From an uncultured Solirubrobacteraceae bacterium (GTDB taxonomy: Bacteria > Actinomycetota > Thermoleophilia > Solirubrobacterales > Solirubrobacteraceae): a stretch of 64,000 nucleotides of DNA. The notes under the pieces were generated by a model, which made no database searches, was not told the DNA's origin, and saw only the letters and a list, made by a program, of their open reading frames with translations. Shown here piece by piece: positions 31,331 through 40,628 of the stretch; within the stretch, counting starts at the first letter, position 1, and each line of letters opens with the position of its first letter. The DNA lies in the NCBI GenBank assembly GCA_963735705.1, contig CAVTLZ010000002.1:14455-78454 (forward strand), read 5' to 3'. Made by a program: the position numbers and the translations under genes.

Positions 31331-31994
31331 CGTCCACGTGCGGCGGTTGTGAGATCGCGTAGATCACGCCGCGGGCGATGTCGTCGTCCTGCAGCGGCGC
31401 GTCCGCCGGGCGGTTGTCGAAGAAGGGGGTGTCGGTGATCCCAGGCTCGATCAACGTCACGCGGATCCCCGTCCCGTTCAGGTCCTGGCGCGCTGCCTCC
31501 CCCATGGCGGTCACCGCGTGCTTGGTGCACGAGTACAGCGAGCCCGGCAGCGCGCGGCGCCCGGCGACGCTCGAGGTCAGCAGCAGATGCCCGCGCGTCT
31601 CCTTCAAGACGGGGATCGTCGCGCGCAGCGTCAACGCGGCGCCGTAGACGTTCGTCAGCACCATCTCGCGCCAGTGCTCGGGCGTGTCGTTGAGGAAGCC
31701 GCGCGGGCCGCCGAAGCCGGCGTTGGCGAACACGGCGTCGATCCGCCCGAACGACGCCAGCGCCGCCTCGACCATGCCCTGCTGGTCCTGCCACTCGGTC
31801 ACGTCGCAGCGGACCGCCAGCGCGTGCTCGGCTCCGCCGAGCTCCTCGGCCAGGAACTCCAGGCGATCGAGCGAGCGCGCCGCCAGCGCCACGCGCCAAC
31901 CCTCCGCACGCGCGCGGCGGGCGGTCGCCGCGCCGATCCCCGAGGAGGCGCCGGTGATCAGGAACACGCGGTCTGCTGTCACGATGGCGTACAT
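31290..31994 (-). CDS. SDR family oxidoreductase
   Basis: ITGASSGIG, NAG, SSVAG, YSCTK (YxxxK), IEPG, VNEILIRP. Start 31994 or GTG 31982. Confidence 0.93.
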   Translation of the reverse strand: MYAIVTADRVFLITGASSGIGAATARRARAEGWRVALAARSLDRLEFLAEELGGAEHALAVRCDVTEWQDQQGMVEAALASFGRIDAVFANAGFGGPRGFLNDTPEHWREMVLTNVYGAALTLRATIPVLKETRGHLLLTSSVAGRRALPGSLYSCTKHAVTAMGEAARQDLNGTGIRVTLIEPGITDTPFFDNRPADAPLQDDDIARGVIYAISQPPHVDVNEILIRPTAQPV

Positions 31995-33396
31995 GTTGCA
32001 CGATCGCGCGAGGATCTACGTCCAGGCGGGCGCCGGCGGCGACGGCTGCGCGAGCTTCCGTCGCGAAGCGCACGTGCCGCGCGGCGGCCCCGACGGCGGC
32101 GACGGCGGGCGCGGCGGCGACGTGGTGGTCGTGTGCGACGACTCGCTGCGCGACCTGCAGGGCTTCAAGCGCCGCAGCCACTACCGCGCCGGACGCGGCG
32201 GGCACGGCGGCGGCTCGCAGCGTCACGGCGCCGAAGGGGAGACGCTCACGCTCAGGGTCCCCCCCGGCACGCAGATCGTGGGCGCGCAGGGCGCCGCTCA
32301 CGACGAGGACGCCGACCTCGACGATGAGGCCGGCGCCAACGGCCACGAGCGCGAGGCGGCCGACCTGCTCGGGCGCCGCTGGGAACTGCTTGCGGACGGG
32401 CAGACGGCCACGATCGCGCGCGGCGGCAGCGGCGGCAAGGGCAACAAGCGCTTCGCCACGCCCACGCGCCAGGCGCCGCGCTTCGCCGAGCGCGGTCTCG
32501 CCGGCGAGGAGGGCTGGCTCGAGCTGAGGCTCAGGCTGCTCGCGGACGTGGGCCTCGTCGGCCTGCCGAACGCCGGCAAGTCCTCGTTGCTGGCGCGGCT
32601 CACGCGGGCGGCCCCCAAGGTCGCCGACTACCCGTTCACGACCCTCTCGCCGGTGCTCGGCGTGCTCGAAAGCGATGAGCGCCAACTGGTAGTCGCGGAC
32701 ATCCCCGGCCTGATCGAGGGCGCCAGCGAGGGCGCCGGGCTCGGGCACGACTTCCTCGCGCACGTCGAGCGCACGCGGCTGCTTGTGCACGTGCTCGACA
32801 TCGCGCCCGAGCTCTCGCAGGGCGAGCAGGCGGACGCCGTCGTCAACCACGCCACGATCGAGCACGAGCTGGCGGCCCACGACGAGCGCCTGGCGCGGCT
32901 GCCGCGGGTGCTCGTGCTGTCGAAGGCCGACCTCGTGCCCGAGGAGCGCGTGCGGGAGGCCATCGCGGAATGGGAAGAACGGCTTGGAGACGACGTGCCC
33001 GTGCTCGCCACCTCCAGCGCGACGCGCGCCGGTGTGCACGAGCTCGGCGAGCTGCTGCTGCGGCTCGTCCCCGACCTCGCCACCGTCACGGACGGTCTCG
33101 CGGAGGGCGGCGCACACACAGGCGAGCAGGAGCTGGCCGAGCACATGGTGTTCCGTCCCACCGCCGGCGCCGGCTTTCACGTCGAGGCGTTGGGGGAGGG
33201 GACGTTCGCGGTCCGCGGCCGCGGCATCGAGCGCCTGCTCGAACGCTTCGACATCGACAACGAGGACGCGATGGCCTACCTGGAGGGGAGACTGCGGCGG
33301 ATCGGCGTGATCGGCGCGCTCGAGGCGGAGGGGTTCCAGCCCGGGGATGAGATCGAGATCGCGGGGGTCACGTTCGAGCTCGACCCGCACGAGTAG
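31993..33396 (+). CDS. obgE: GTPase ObgE/CgtA
   Basis: GGPDGGDGGRGG, GLPNAGKS, YPFTT, DIPG, SKAD; C-terminal DUF1967-like RLRRIGV..ALEAEG. Confidence 0.97.
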   Translation: MLHDRARIYVQAGAGGDGCASFRREAHVPRGGPDGGDGGRGGDVVVVCDDSLRDLQGFKRRSHYRAGRGGHGGGSQRHGAEGETLTLRVPPGTQIVGAQGAAHDEDADLDDEAGANGHEREAADLLGRRWELLADGQTATIARGGSGGKGNKRFATPTRQAPRFAERGLAGEEGWLELRLRLLADVGLVGLPNAGKSSLLARLTRAAPKVADYPFTTLSPVLGVLESDERQLVVADIPGLIEGASEGAGLGHDFLAHVERTRLLVHVLDIAPELSQGEQADAVVNHATIEHELAAHDERLARLPRVLVLSKADLVPEERVREAIAEWEERLGDDVPVLATSSATRAGVHELGELLLRLVPDLATVTDGLAEGGAHTGEQELAEHMVFRPTAGAGFHVEALGEGTFAVRGRGIERLLERFDIDNEDAMAYLEGRLRRIGVIGALEAEGFQPGDEIEIAGVTFELDPHE

Positions 33397-33445
33397 CGCG
33401 CCCGCCCACCCTGGCGTGTGCGCCCCGTGCAAATAAGCTCAAGGC

Positions 33446-34558
33446 ATGAGACGGCTGGTCATCAAGCTCGGATCGAGCGTCGTCGCGGACAGCGAGGGCA
33501 CGCCGCGGATGGACGTGCTCGCGAATGTCTGCGACCAGCTGGCCGGCCTGCACCGCGAGGGCGCCGAGGTGATCGTCGTCACCAGCGGCGCGATCGCGCG
33601 CGGGATGCGCGTCATGAACCTGCCGCAGCGCCCGACCACGATCGGCTCGCTGCAGGCCGCCAGCGCCGTCGGCCAGGGCAAGCTCTACAGGATCTACGAC
33701 GAGCTGCTGCGCGAGCGCGAGGTCACCAGCGCGCAGGTGCTGCTGACGTTCTTCGACATGAGCGCGCGCACGCACTACCTCAACGCGCGACAGACGCTCA
33801 GCACGCTGCTTGAGTGGCGGGTGCTGCCCGTGATCAACGAGAACGACACCACCGCCACCGACGAGATCTCCTTCGGCGACAACGACTTCCTCGCCGCGCA
33901 GGTGGCGGTGCTGGTCGCCGCCGACGAGCTGATCCTGATGACCGACATCGACGGGCTGTTCACCGCCGACCCGCGGCTGCACCCGGACGCGCGGATCGTC
34001 GCCGAGGTGAGCGACTTCGCCGCGCTCGACGACCTCGAGATCGGTCACACGACCTCGCCGCTCGGCTCGGGTGGGATGCGCTCGAAGGTCGTCGCCGCGG
34101 AGATGGCGACCGCCGCCGGGATCCCCACGGTGATCTGCAACGGCGTGCGCGCGCAGGCGCTCGCCGCCGTGCTCGCGGGCGAGCGCGAGGGGACGCGCTT
34201 TGCCGCGCGCGAGGCGCGCTACTCGAGCTTCAAGCTGTGGCTCAAGTACGCCAAGCCGTCACGCGGCACGCTCGTGATCGACGCCGGCGCCGTGCGCGCC
34301 GTGCGCGATGGCAGCGCCAGCCTGCTGCCCGTCGGCGTGGTCGACGTGATCGGCGACTTCGACGCCGGCGACGCCGTCGACATCGCCGAGCGGCCCGCGG
34401 ATGATGGCGCTCGCGGCCGCACGCTCGCCAAGGGCATCTGCAGCTACTCCGCCGTCGAGCTGCGGCGCGTGCTCGGGCTGAAGTCCGACGCCGTGCGCGA
34501 GATCCTCCCGCGCGCCAGCGACGAGGCCGTGCACCGAGACTACCTCGTGCTCGACTGA
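33446..34558 (+). CDS. proB: Glutamate 5-kinase
   Basis: VIKLGSS, NENDT, FGDND, GGMRSK; C-terminal PUA domain. Confidence 0.97.
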   Translation: MRRLVIKLGSSVVADSEGTPRMDVLANVCDQLAGLHREGAEVIVVTSGAIARGMRVMNLPQRPTTIGSLQAASAVGQGKLYRIYDELLREREVTSAQVLLTFFDMSARTHYLNARQTLSTLLEWRVLPVINENDTTATDEISFGDNDFLAAQVAVLVAADELILMTDIDGLFTADPRLHPDARIVAEVSDFAALDDLEIGHTTSPLGSGGMRSKVVAAEMATAAGIPTVICNGVRAQALAAVLAGEREGTRFAAREARYSSFKLWLKYAKPSRGTLVIDAGAVRAVRDGSASLLPVGVVDVIGDFDAGDAVDIAERPADDGARGRTLAKGICSYSAVELRRVLGLKSDAVREILPRASDEAVHRDYLVLD

Positions 34559-34578
34559 GCGCTCTACCCTGTACGGCA

Positions 34579-35862
34579 ATGGCGATCGCCGTCTCATCCG
34601 TAGCCGACACATGCGCCGCCGCCAAGCGCGCGGCGCGCACGCTCGCGCGGACCGGCACCGCCGTCAAGGACGCAGCGCTCGAGGAGATCGCGCTCGCGCT
34701 CGAGAGCCGGCTCGAAGAGATCCTCATCGCCAACGAGCGCGACATGCAGCTCGCGCGCGAAGCCGACATCGGCGCCGCGCTGCTCGACCGCCTGCGCCTG
34801 GACGAGGAGCGCGTCGTGCAGATCGCGCACGCCGTGCGCCAGATCGTCGCGCTCGCCGACCCTGTCGGCGAGGTCATCTCCGGCCAGCGCCTGCCCAACG
34901 GCCTGGACGTGCGCAAGGTGCGCGTCCCGCTCGGCGTCGTCGCCGTCGTCTACGAGGCGCGGCCGAACGTGACCATCGACGCCGCCGCGCTGTGCCTGAA
35001 GTCCGGTAACGCGATCGTCCTGCGCGGATCCTCCTCCGCCACGCACTCCAACGCCGCGCTCGCTCAGATCGCCGCCGACGCCGCCGTCGCCGCCGGGCTG
35101 CCCGAGGGCTGCGTCAGCCTCGTCGCAGGCGGCGGGCGTCAGGAGCTCGCCGAGCTGGCCACCCAGAAGGACAGCGTCGACCTGATCATTCCCCGCGGCG
35201 GCGAGGGCCTCAAGGACGCGCTGCAGGCCGTAGCCACCGTGCCCGTCATCTACGCCGCCTCCGGCAACTGCCACGTCTACGTCGACGCCGCCGCCGACCT
35301 CGACCACGCGCTGGCGATCGTCATCAACGCCAAGACCCAGCGCCCCGGCGTCTGCAACGCCGCCGAGACGCTGCTCGTGCACGAGCGCGTCGCCACCGAC
35401 TTCCTGCCGCGCGTGCTCAGCGCGCTCGCCGCCGCCGGTGTCCACGTGCGCGCCGACGAACGCGCCCAGCACGCGATCGCTCGCAGCGGCGCGATCCCCG
35501 ATCTGATCATCGAGGACGCCACCGACGAGGACTGGGCCACCGAGTACCTCGCGCCGATCATCGCCGTCGGCGTCGTCGACTCCGTCGAGCACGCGATCGA
35601 GCACGTCGCCCGTCACGGCAGCGGCCACTCCGAGGCGATCGTCACCTGCGACACCGCCGCCGCGCGCGCCTTCCAGCTCGGCGTCGACGCCGCCTGCGTG
35701 TACGTCAACGCCTCCACCCGCTTCACCGACGGGGGAGAGTTCGGGATGGGCGCCGAGATCGGCAACTCCACGCAGAAGCTGCACGCGCGCGGGCCGATCG
35801 GGCTGCGCGAGCTGTGCACGTTCAAGTACCTCGTCGAAGGCGACGGACACGTCCGCGCGTGA
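34579..35862 (+). CDS. proA: Gamma-glutamyl phosphate reductase
   Basis: VPLGVV, YEARPNV, IPRGG, CNAAETLL, NASTRFTDG, KLHARGP. Confidence 0.97.
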   Translation: MAIAVSSVADTCAAAKRAARTLARTGTAVKDAALEEIALALESRLEEILIANERDMQLAREADIGAALLDRLRLDEERVVQIAHAVRQIVALADPVGEVISGQRLPNGLDVRKVRVPLGVVAVVYEARPNVTIDAAALCLKSGNAIVLRGSSSATHSNAALAQIAADAAVAAGLPEGCVSLVAGGGRQELAELATQKDSVDLIIPRGGEGLKDALQAVATVPVIYAASGNCHVYVDAAADLDHALAIVINAKTQRPGVCNAAETLLVHERVATDFLPRVLSALAAAGVHVRADERAQHAIARSGAIPDLIIEDATDEDWATEYLAPIIAVGVVDSVEHAIEHVARHGSGHSEAIVTCDTAAARAFQLGVDAACVYVNASTRFTDGGEFGMGAEIGNSTQKLHARGPIGLRELCTFKYLVEGDGHVRA

Positions 35863-36604
35863 GCGCCCGGCTGCGGTCGACGGCGGATCGCACGCCGGCG
35901 AGCGCTCGCTCGGCATCCTCGGCGGGACCTTCAACCCGCCCCACCTCGGGCACCTCGCCCTCGCGCGCCACGCGCGCCAGGAGCTCGGGCTCGAGCGCGT
36001 GCTGCTCGTGCCCACCCACACCACGCCGTACAAGGCCAGCGCCGAGGACGTCGGGGATCACCGCGACCCGGGTCCCGAGCACCGCCTGCGCATGTGCCGC
36101 CTGGCGGCGCATGGCCTCGCCGGTGTGTCCGTCTGCGCCATCGAGATCGAGCGCGGCGGGCTGTCCTATACCGTGGATACCTTGAGAGCCCTGCACGCCA
36201 GCCACCCCCACGCCGAGCTGACGTTCATCGTCGGAGCCGACACCGCCGGCACGCTCGGCTCGTGGCGTGAACCCGAGCAGCTGCTCGAGCTCGCGCAGCT
36301 CGCGGTGGCCACGCGTGTGCCGTCCGGGGCAGACCCTGGAGAGCGCACGCAGGCCGGCGCCGCGCGCCGGCGCGTGCTCGAGGCGCTCGGCGCGATCGAG
36401 CTCGCCGGCGGCGCCGGACGCGAAGCTCGCACCGGCGCCGATCGCGTGCGCTTCCTGGAGATGCCGCCGATCGAGGTCTCCTCCTCGCTCGTGCGCAGCC
36501 GTGTCGCCGACGGAGAGGCGGTCGACGATCTCGTCGGGCCCGCCGTCGCCGGCTACATCGCCGAGCACCGCCTGTACCGCGCGCCCGCCGAGGTGCTGCG
36601 ATGA
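35849..36604 (+). CDS. nadD: Nicotinate-nucleotide adenylyltransferase; start codon uncertain (no in-frame ATG/GTG/TTG before the HIGH motif)
   Basis: GILGGTFNPPHLGH (35912-35953), SYTVDTL, FIVGAD, VSSS; upstream of rsfS. 35849 is a proposed ACG start. Confidence 0.85.
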   Translation, partial: TSARERPAAVDGGSHAGERSLGILGGTFNPPHLGHLALARHARQELGLERVLLVPTHTTPYKASAEDVGDHRDPGPEHRLRMCRLAAHGLAGVSVCAIEIERGGLSYTVDTLRALHASHPHAELTFIVGADTAGTLGSWREPEQLLELAQLAVATRVPSGADPGERTQAGAARRRVLEALGAIELAGGAGREARTGADRVRFLEMPPIEVSSSLVRSRVADGEAVDDLVGPAVAGYIAEHRLYRAPAEVLR

Positions 36605-36999
36605 CGCGCGACGCGCCGCTTCAGGGCGCCGAGCTGCTCGGCGCGATCGCCGGCTACGCCGCCGACAAGAAGGCGATCGACGTCGTCGAGCTCGACCTGC
36701 GCGGCGTGCTCGGCTACACCGACTACTTCCTCGTCTGCTCCGGCAACACCGGCCGCCAGGCCAAGGCGATCCACGACGGCATCCTCGAAGGGCTCAAGCG
36801 CGAGCACGACACGCTGCCGCGCAGGGTCGAGGGCTCCGGGCAGACGGGCTGGATCCTGATGGACTACCTCGACGTCGTCGTCCACATCTTCACGCCCGAG
36901 ACGCGCGACTTCTATCGCCTCGAGCAGCTGTGGGGCGAGGCGCCCGCCCGCGTCGCCGAAGGGAACGCGCGCGCAGCGGGCGGCAGCGCGGACGGCTGA
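36601..36999 (+). CDS. rsfS: Ribosome silencing factor
   Basis: DKKA.DV, TDYFLVCSG, WILMDYLDVVVHIF, FYRLEQLW. Confidence 0.96.
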   Translation: MTRDAPLQGAELLGAIAGYAADKKAIDVVELDLRGVLGYTDYFLVCSGNTGRQAKAIHDGILEGLKREHDTLPRRVEGSGQTGWILMDYLDVVVHIFTPETRDFYRLEQLWGEAPARVAEGNARAAGGSADG

Positions 37000-37032
37000 G
37001 CGCCTGTCCTGAGAGACATTGTTGAAATCCCG

Positions 37033-37062
37033 TTGACTATTCGCAGGCGCAGCGGTTAGGGT
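37033..37062 (+). promoter_or_regulatory. Sigma-A type promoter
   Basis: TTGACT-N18-TAGGGT upstream of the second SGNH gene. Confidence 0.55.
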
Positions 37063-37112
37063 CGGGTTGATAGCGCCGCCGAGGGAGTGGCGCGCCAATA
37101 CAGAGGGGAAAC

Positions 37113-38348
37113 ATGCACTACTCGATCGTAGATCGCGGGAGGCATCGTCTCGCGCTCATTTGCACGGCGCTGATCGCAGCGTCGCTCGCTTACGGCCTCA
37201 CCGCGCTCGTCGCCACGGCTCGCGCCGAAGGTCCCGGGTCGGGCACGCCGACCGTCGTCAGCCTCGGCGACTCGTTCATCTCCGGGGAGGCGGGACGCTG
37301 GGCCGGCAACACCGACGAAAGCTCATCCAAGACCGACGCGCTCGGCTCGACCGCGTACTACGACAACTCCACCGACACCGGCGAACTGATCAAAGGCTGC
37401 CACCGCTCCAAATCGGCCGAGGTCTACATCGGCGGCGGCGTCAACGGCGAGAACCTCGCCTGCTCCGGCGCCAAGACCTCCAGCTTCAGCACCGAAGGCC
37501 TGTTCAAGCCCGGCATCGACTTCTACAACTCAGGTGGCAACGAAGGCCAGGCGCTGATGCTCCAGCACTTCGCAGCCACCCACAACGTCAAGCTCGTCGC
37601 GCTGTCGATCGGCGGCAACAACTTCAACTTCGCCCCCATCGTCACGACGTGCGTCGAGGACTTCCTCGAGTCGACGATCTTCTGGGACTTCTACTGCAGC
37701 GAAGAAAGCTCGGTCACGAACAACTTCACCTCCGGCAACGTCTCCAAAATCAAGGGTGAAATCGAAACGGCGATCAGGAACGTGGCCACGGCCATGACCA
37801 ACGCGGGCTACACCAGCTCGCAGTACACGATCCTCGTGCAGAACTACCCCTCGCCGATCCCCAACGGATCGGAATTCCGCTACACGCAGAGCGGCTACAG
37901 CAGGCAGTTCACGGGCGGCTGCGGCTTCTGGAACAAGGACGCCAACTACGCCAACGCGACGATGCTGCCGACGATCGACAACACCGTCCTCGGCGCCGCC
38001 GCCGGCGTCGGCCTGTCCAACGTGAAGACGATGGAATTGTCCTCCGCGTTCAACAGCCACCGCCTGTGCGACAAAGGCGTCGGGATGCTGGAGGAAGAGG
38101 GCCTGTCCAACTGGAAAGCGGCCGAAGCGGTAAACAAGAGCGAGTGGTTCAACCAGATCCGCACGATCGAAACGCTGATCGGGCCCTACGAACTCCAGGA
38201 AGACATCCACCCCAACTACTGGGCACAGCTGGGGCTGCGCAACTGCCTGACCCAGGCATACGACGCGGGCACGCCCAAGGGCGGCGCCTGCACCACATCC
38301 GGCACCGGCCTCAACTCCGCCGGCGAGCCGAACATGTCGCTGCACTGA
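37113..38348 (+). CDS. Secreted SGNH/GDSL hydrolase
   Basis: Signal peptide ending ARA; GDSF, NLACSG, IGGNN, DIHP; multiple Cys. Confidence 0.88.
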   Translation: MHYSIVDRGRHRLALICTALIAASLAYGLTALVATARAEGPGSGTPTVVSLGDSFISGEAGRWAGNTDESSSKTDALGSTAYYDNSTDTGELIKGCHRSKSAEVYIGGGVNGENLACSGAKTSSFSTEGLFKPGIDFYNSGGNEGQALMLQHFAATHNVKLVALSIGGNNFNFAPIVTTCVEDFLESTIFWDFYCSEESSVTNNFTSGNVSKIKGEIETAIRNVATAMTNAGYTSSQYTILVQNYPSPIPNGSEFRYTQSGYSRQFTGGCGFWNKDANYANATMLPTIDNTVLGAAAGVGLSNVKTMELSSAFNSHRLCDKGVGMLEEEGLSNWKAAEAVNKSEWFNQIRTIETLIGPYELQEDIHPNYWAQLGLRNCLTQAYDAGTPKGGACTTSGTGLNSAGEPNMSLH

Positions 38349-38372
38349 CGCACGCATGACGGGCTGACTCAC

Positions 38373-38406
38373 GGCGCCGGGACGGGGACCCACCCGTCCC
38401 GGCGCC
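38373..38406 (+). terminator. Hairpin terminator
   Basis: Perfect 14-bp stem GGCGCCGGGACGGG/CCCGTCCCGGCGCC just after the SGNH gene. Confidence 0.6.
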
Positions 38407-38466
38407 AAGCCCGCCCGCGTCGGCCCGTGGCCCAATGCCCGGGCGCGCGGCTGCGAAGATGGCTCC

Positions 38467-39681
38467 GTGAGCTCGCCACGCCCGCACCGTGTGCCGCGCG
38501 TCAGCGCGGTGATGCGAGAAGGCGAGCGCGTGACGCCGCTGGAACTGTTCTTCGACCTCGTGTTCGTGCTGGCGCTGACGCAGTGCACGACGTTGATCGT
38601 GCGCACGCCGACGTGGGAGGGCATCCTCAAGGGGCTGCTCGTGCTCGGCATGCTGTGGTGGTCGTGGACCGGCTACGCCTGGCTGACGAGCGTCGTCGAC
38701 CCGGAGGAGGGATCGGTGCGCCTGGCGATGTTCGCCGCGATGGCCGCGTTCCTCGTCGCCGCCCTGTGCGTGCCCGGCGCGTTCGGCTCGGAGGCGCTGC
38801 TGTTCGCGTGCGCATACGCCGTCGTGCGCGCGGCGCACATCGCGCTGTTCATGATCGCCAGCCGCCAGGACGCCGATCTGCGCCACTCGGTGCTCGGCCT
38901 CGCCGCCAGCACCGCGATCGGCGTCGGCCTGCTGGTGGCCGCCGCGTTCGTACCCCATGTCGGGGCACAGGCCGGCGGCGCGCTGCAGCTGGGGCTGTGG
39001 GGTCTCGCGCTCGTGCTCGATTTCGGCGGGCCGTACCTGTTCGGCATCGAGGGCTGGAAGCTCGTGCCCGGGCACTTCGCCGAGCGCCACGGCGGGATCG
39101 TGATCATCGCGCTCGGCGAGTCGATCGTCGCGATCGGCATCGACGCGCGAGCGACGATCGGCGCCGGCGTCGTGATCGCCGCCGTGCTCGGCATGGTCGT
39201 CGCCGCCGCCCTCTGGTGGGCCTACTTCGACGTCGTCGCGATCGTCGCCGGCAGACGCCTCGCACGCGCGCACGAGGGGCGCGAACGCAACGAGATCGCG
39301 CGCGACTCCTACTCCTACCTGCACCTGCCGATGGTCGCCGGCATCGCGCTGATCGCCGTCGGCCTCAAGCGCACGCTGCTCGCCGTCGACGATCCGCTGA
39401 AGCTCGTTCCCGCCGCCGCGCTGCTCGGCGGCGCCGCCGTCTACCTGCTCGCGCACGTCGCCTTCCGGCTGCGCAACATGCACTCGCTCAGCACGCGGCG
39501 CCTGGTCGCCGCGATCGTGCTGCTCGCGCTGGTGCCCGCCGGCGCCACGCTGCCCGCGCTCGCCACGCTCGGCATCCTCGCCGCCGTGCTCATCGCGCTG
39601 ATCGCATACGAGGCGCTGCGCTACGCCGACGTGCGCGAGCGCGTGCGCCATCAGCCCGTCGGCGGCGGCGTGCCCACGTAG
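38467..39681 (+). CDS. ltrA: Low temperature requirement protein A
   Basis: VTPLELFFDLVFV, WWSWTG, HFAERHG..IIALGES, LWWAYF, YSYLHLP. Confidence 0.9.
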   Translation: MSSPRPHRVPRVSAVMREGERVTPLELFFDLVFVLALTQCTTLIVRTPTWEGILKGLLVLGMLWWSWTGYAWLTSVVDPEEGSVRLAMFAAMAAFLVAALCVPGAFGSEALLFACAYAVVRAAHIALFMIASRQDADLRHSVLGLAASTAIGVGLLVAAAFVPHVGAQAGGALQLGLWGLALVLDFGGPYLFGIEGWKLVPGHFAERHGGIVIIALGESIVAIGIDARATIGAGVVIAAVLGMVVAAALWWAYFDVVAIVAGRRLARAHEGRERNEIARDSYSYLHLPMVAGIALIAVGLKRTLLAVDDPLKLVPAAALLGGAAVYLLAHVAFRLRNMHSLSTRRLVAAIVLLALVPAGATLPALATLGILAAVLIALIAYEALRYADVRERVRHQPVGGGVPT

Positions 39682-40523
39682 TACTCCTGCAGCGGAGTCG
39701 ACGTGGGGAGCCCGCTGGGCGCCGGGAGCGGGCTCGCCGCGGGCAGTGGGCTCGACGCGGGCTCTCCGCGCACGAGCACCAGCACGAGCGCCTGCGTCAG
39801 CAGCGCAACCGCGCACGCGAGCGCGAACGACTCCGCCGTGTCCAGCCGGTGCAGCGACACCGCCAGCGTGAAGCAGAACAGCGCGAACGCGCCGAAGCCG
39901 CTCACCAGCCCGCGCAGCAGCCGCAGCAGCTCGTCGGTGCCGCGCTGCGCGTGCGTGAACGTCGCCAGCACCGTCGCGATGATCGGAAACGGCGCGAGCA
40001 GTCCGCTGAGCTGCGGGCCGAGCCAGCCCGCCACCGCGGTCAGGCTCAGCACGAGCGCGAGCGCGCACGCCGCGCGCACCGGCAGGTCCCACGCCGGCGG
40101 CGTCGCGTGCTCGGGCCGCTCGGCGCCGGCGCGCGGGAGCCACGCGAGGCCCAGCGCCAGCGCGAGCGCCGCCACGGCCAGCGAGACGCCCACGGGCAGC
40201 GACAGCGCGCTGAAGACGGCCGTCGCCGTGGCGAACGCGAGCCAGCCGACGAGCAGGCTCGCGCCCCAGAACAGCCGCGGCGCCAGCCGCGCGTACACGA
40301 CCACGAACGCGATCAGCGAGGCCAATCCCAGCAGCGTGCCGGCCGCGGCGCCCGCCGCGAACGCGCGCCCGTGCTCGAGCGCGTACACGAGCAGGATCGG
40401 ACCGGCGACCACCGGCAGACCCGCGATCAGGCCGCCCACCCGCGGCCCGTAGCGCCGGGCGACGAGCGACGCGCCCACGACGAACGCGGGGGCGAGCAGC
40501 AGCTTCACGGCGAGCAGGGGCAC
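39651..40523 (-). CDS. Integral membrane protein with internal duplication
   Basis: SLVARRYGPRVGGLIAGLPVVAGP and AGWLGPQLSGLLAPFPII repeats; about 8-9 TM helices. Confidence 0.75.
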   Translation of the reverse strand: MPLLAVKLLLAPAFVVGASLVARRYGPRVGGLIAGLPVVAGPILLVYALEHGRAFAAGAAAGTLLGLASLIAFVVVYARLAPRLFWGASLLVGWLAFATATAVFSALSLPVGVSLAVAALALALGLAWLPRAGAERPEHATPPAWDLPVRAACALALVLSLTAVAGWLGPQLSGLLAPFPIIATVLATFTHAQRGTDELLRLLRGLVSGFGAFALFCFTLAVSLHRLDTAESFALACAVALLTQALVLVLVRGEPASSPLPAASPLPAPSGLPTSTPLQEYYVGTPPPTG

Positions 40524-40628
40524 CCGCAGATGATTGCGCAGCCGACGGCCGACGGCATGTAACTACTGATACGAGACCGGGAAGCACACCGATGCCGGCG
40601 CCGGTCCGCGGCGCTTAGCTTCGGGAGC

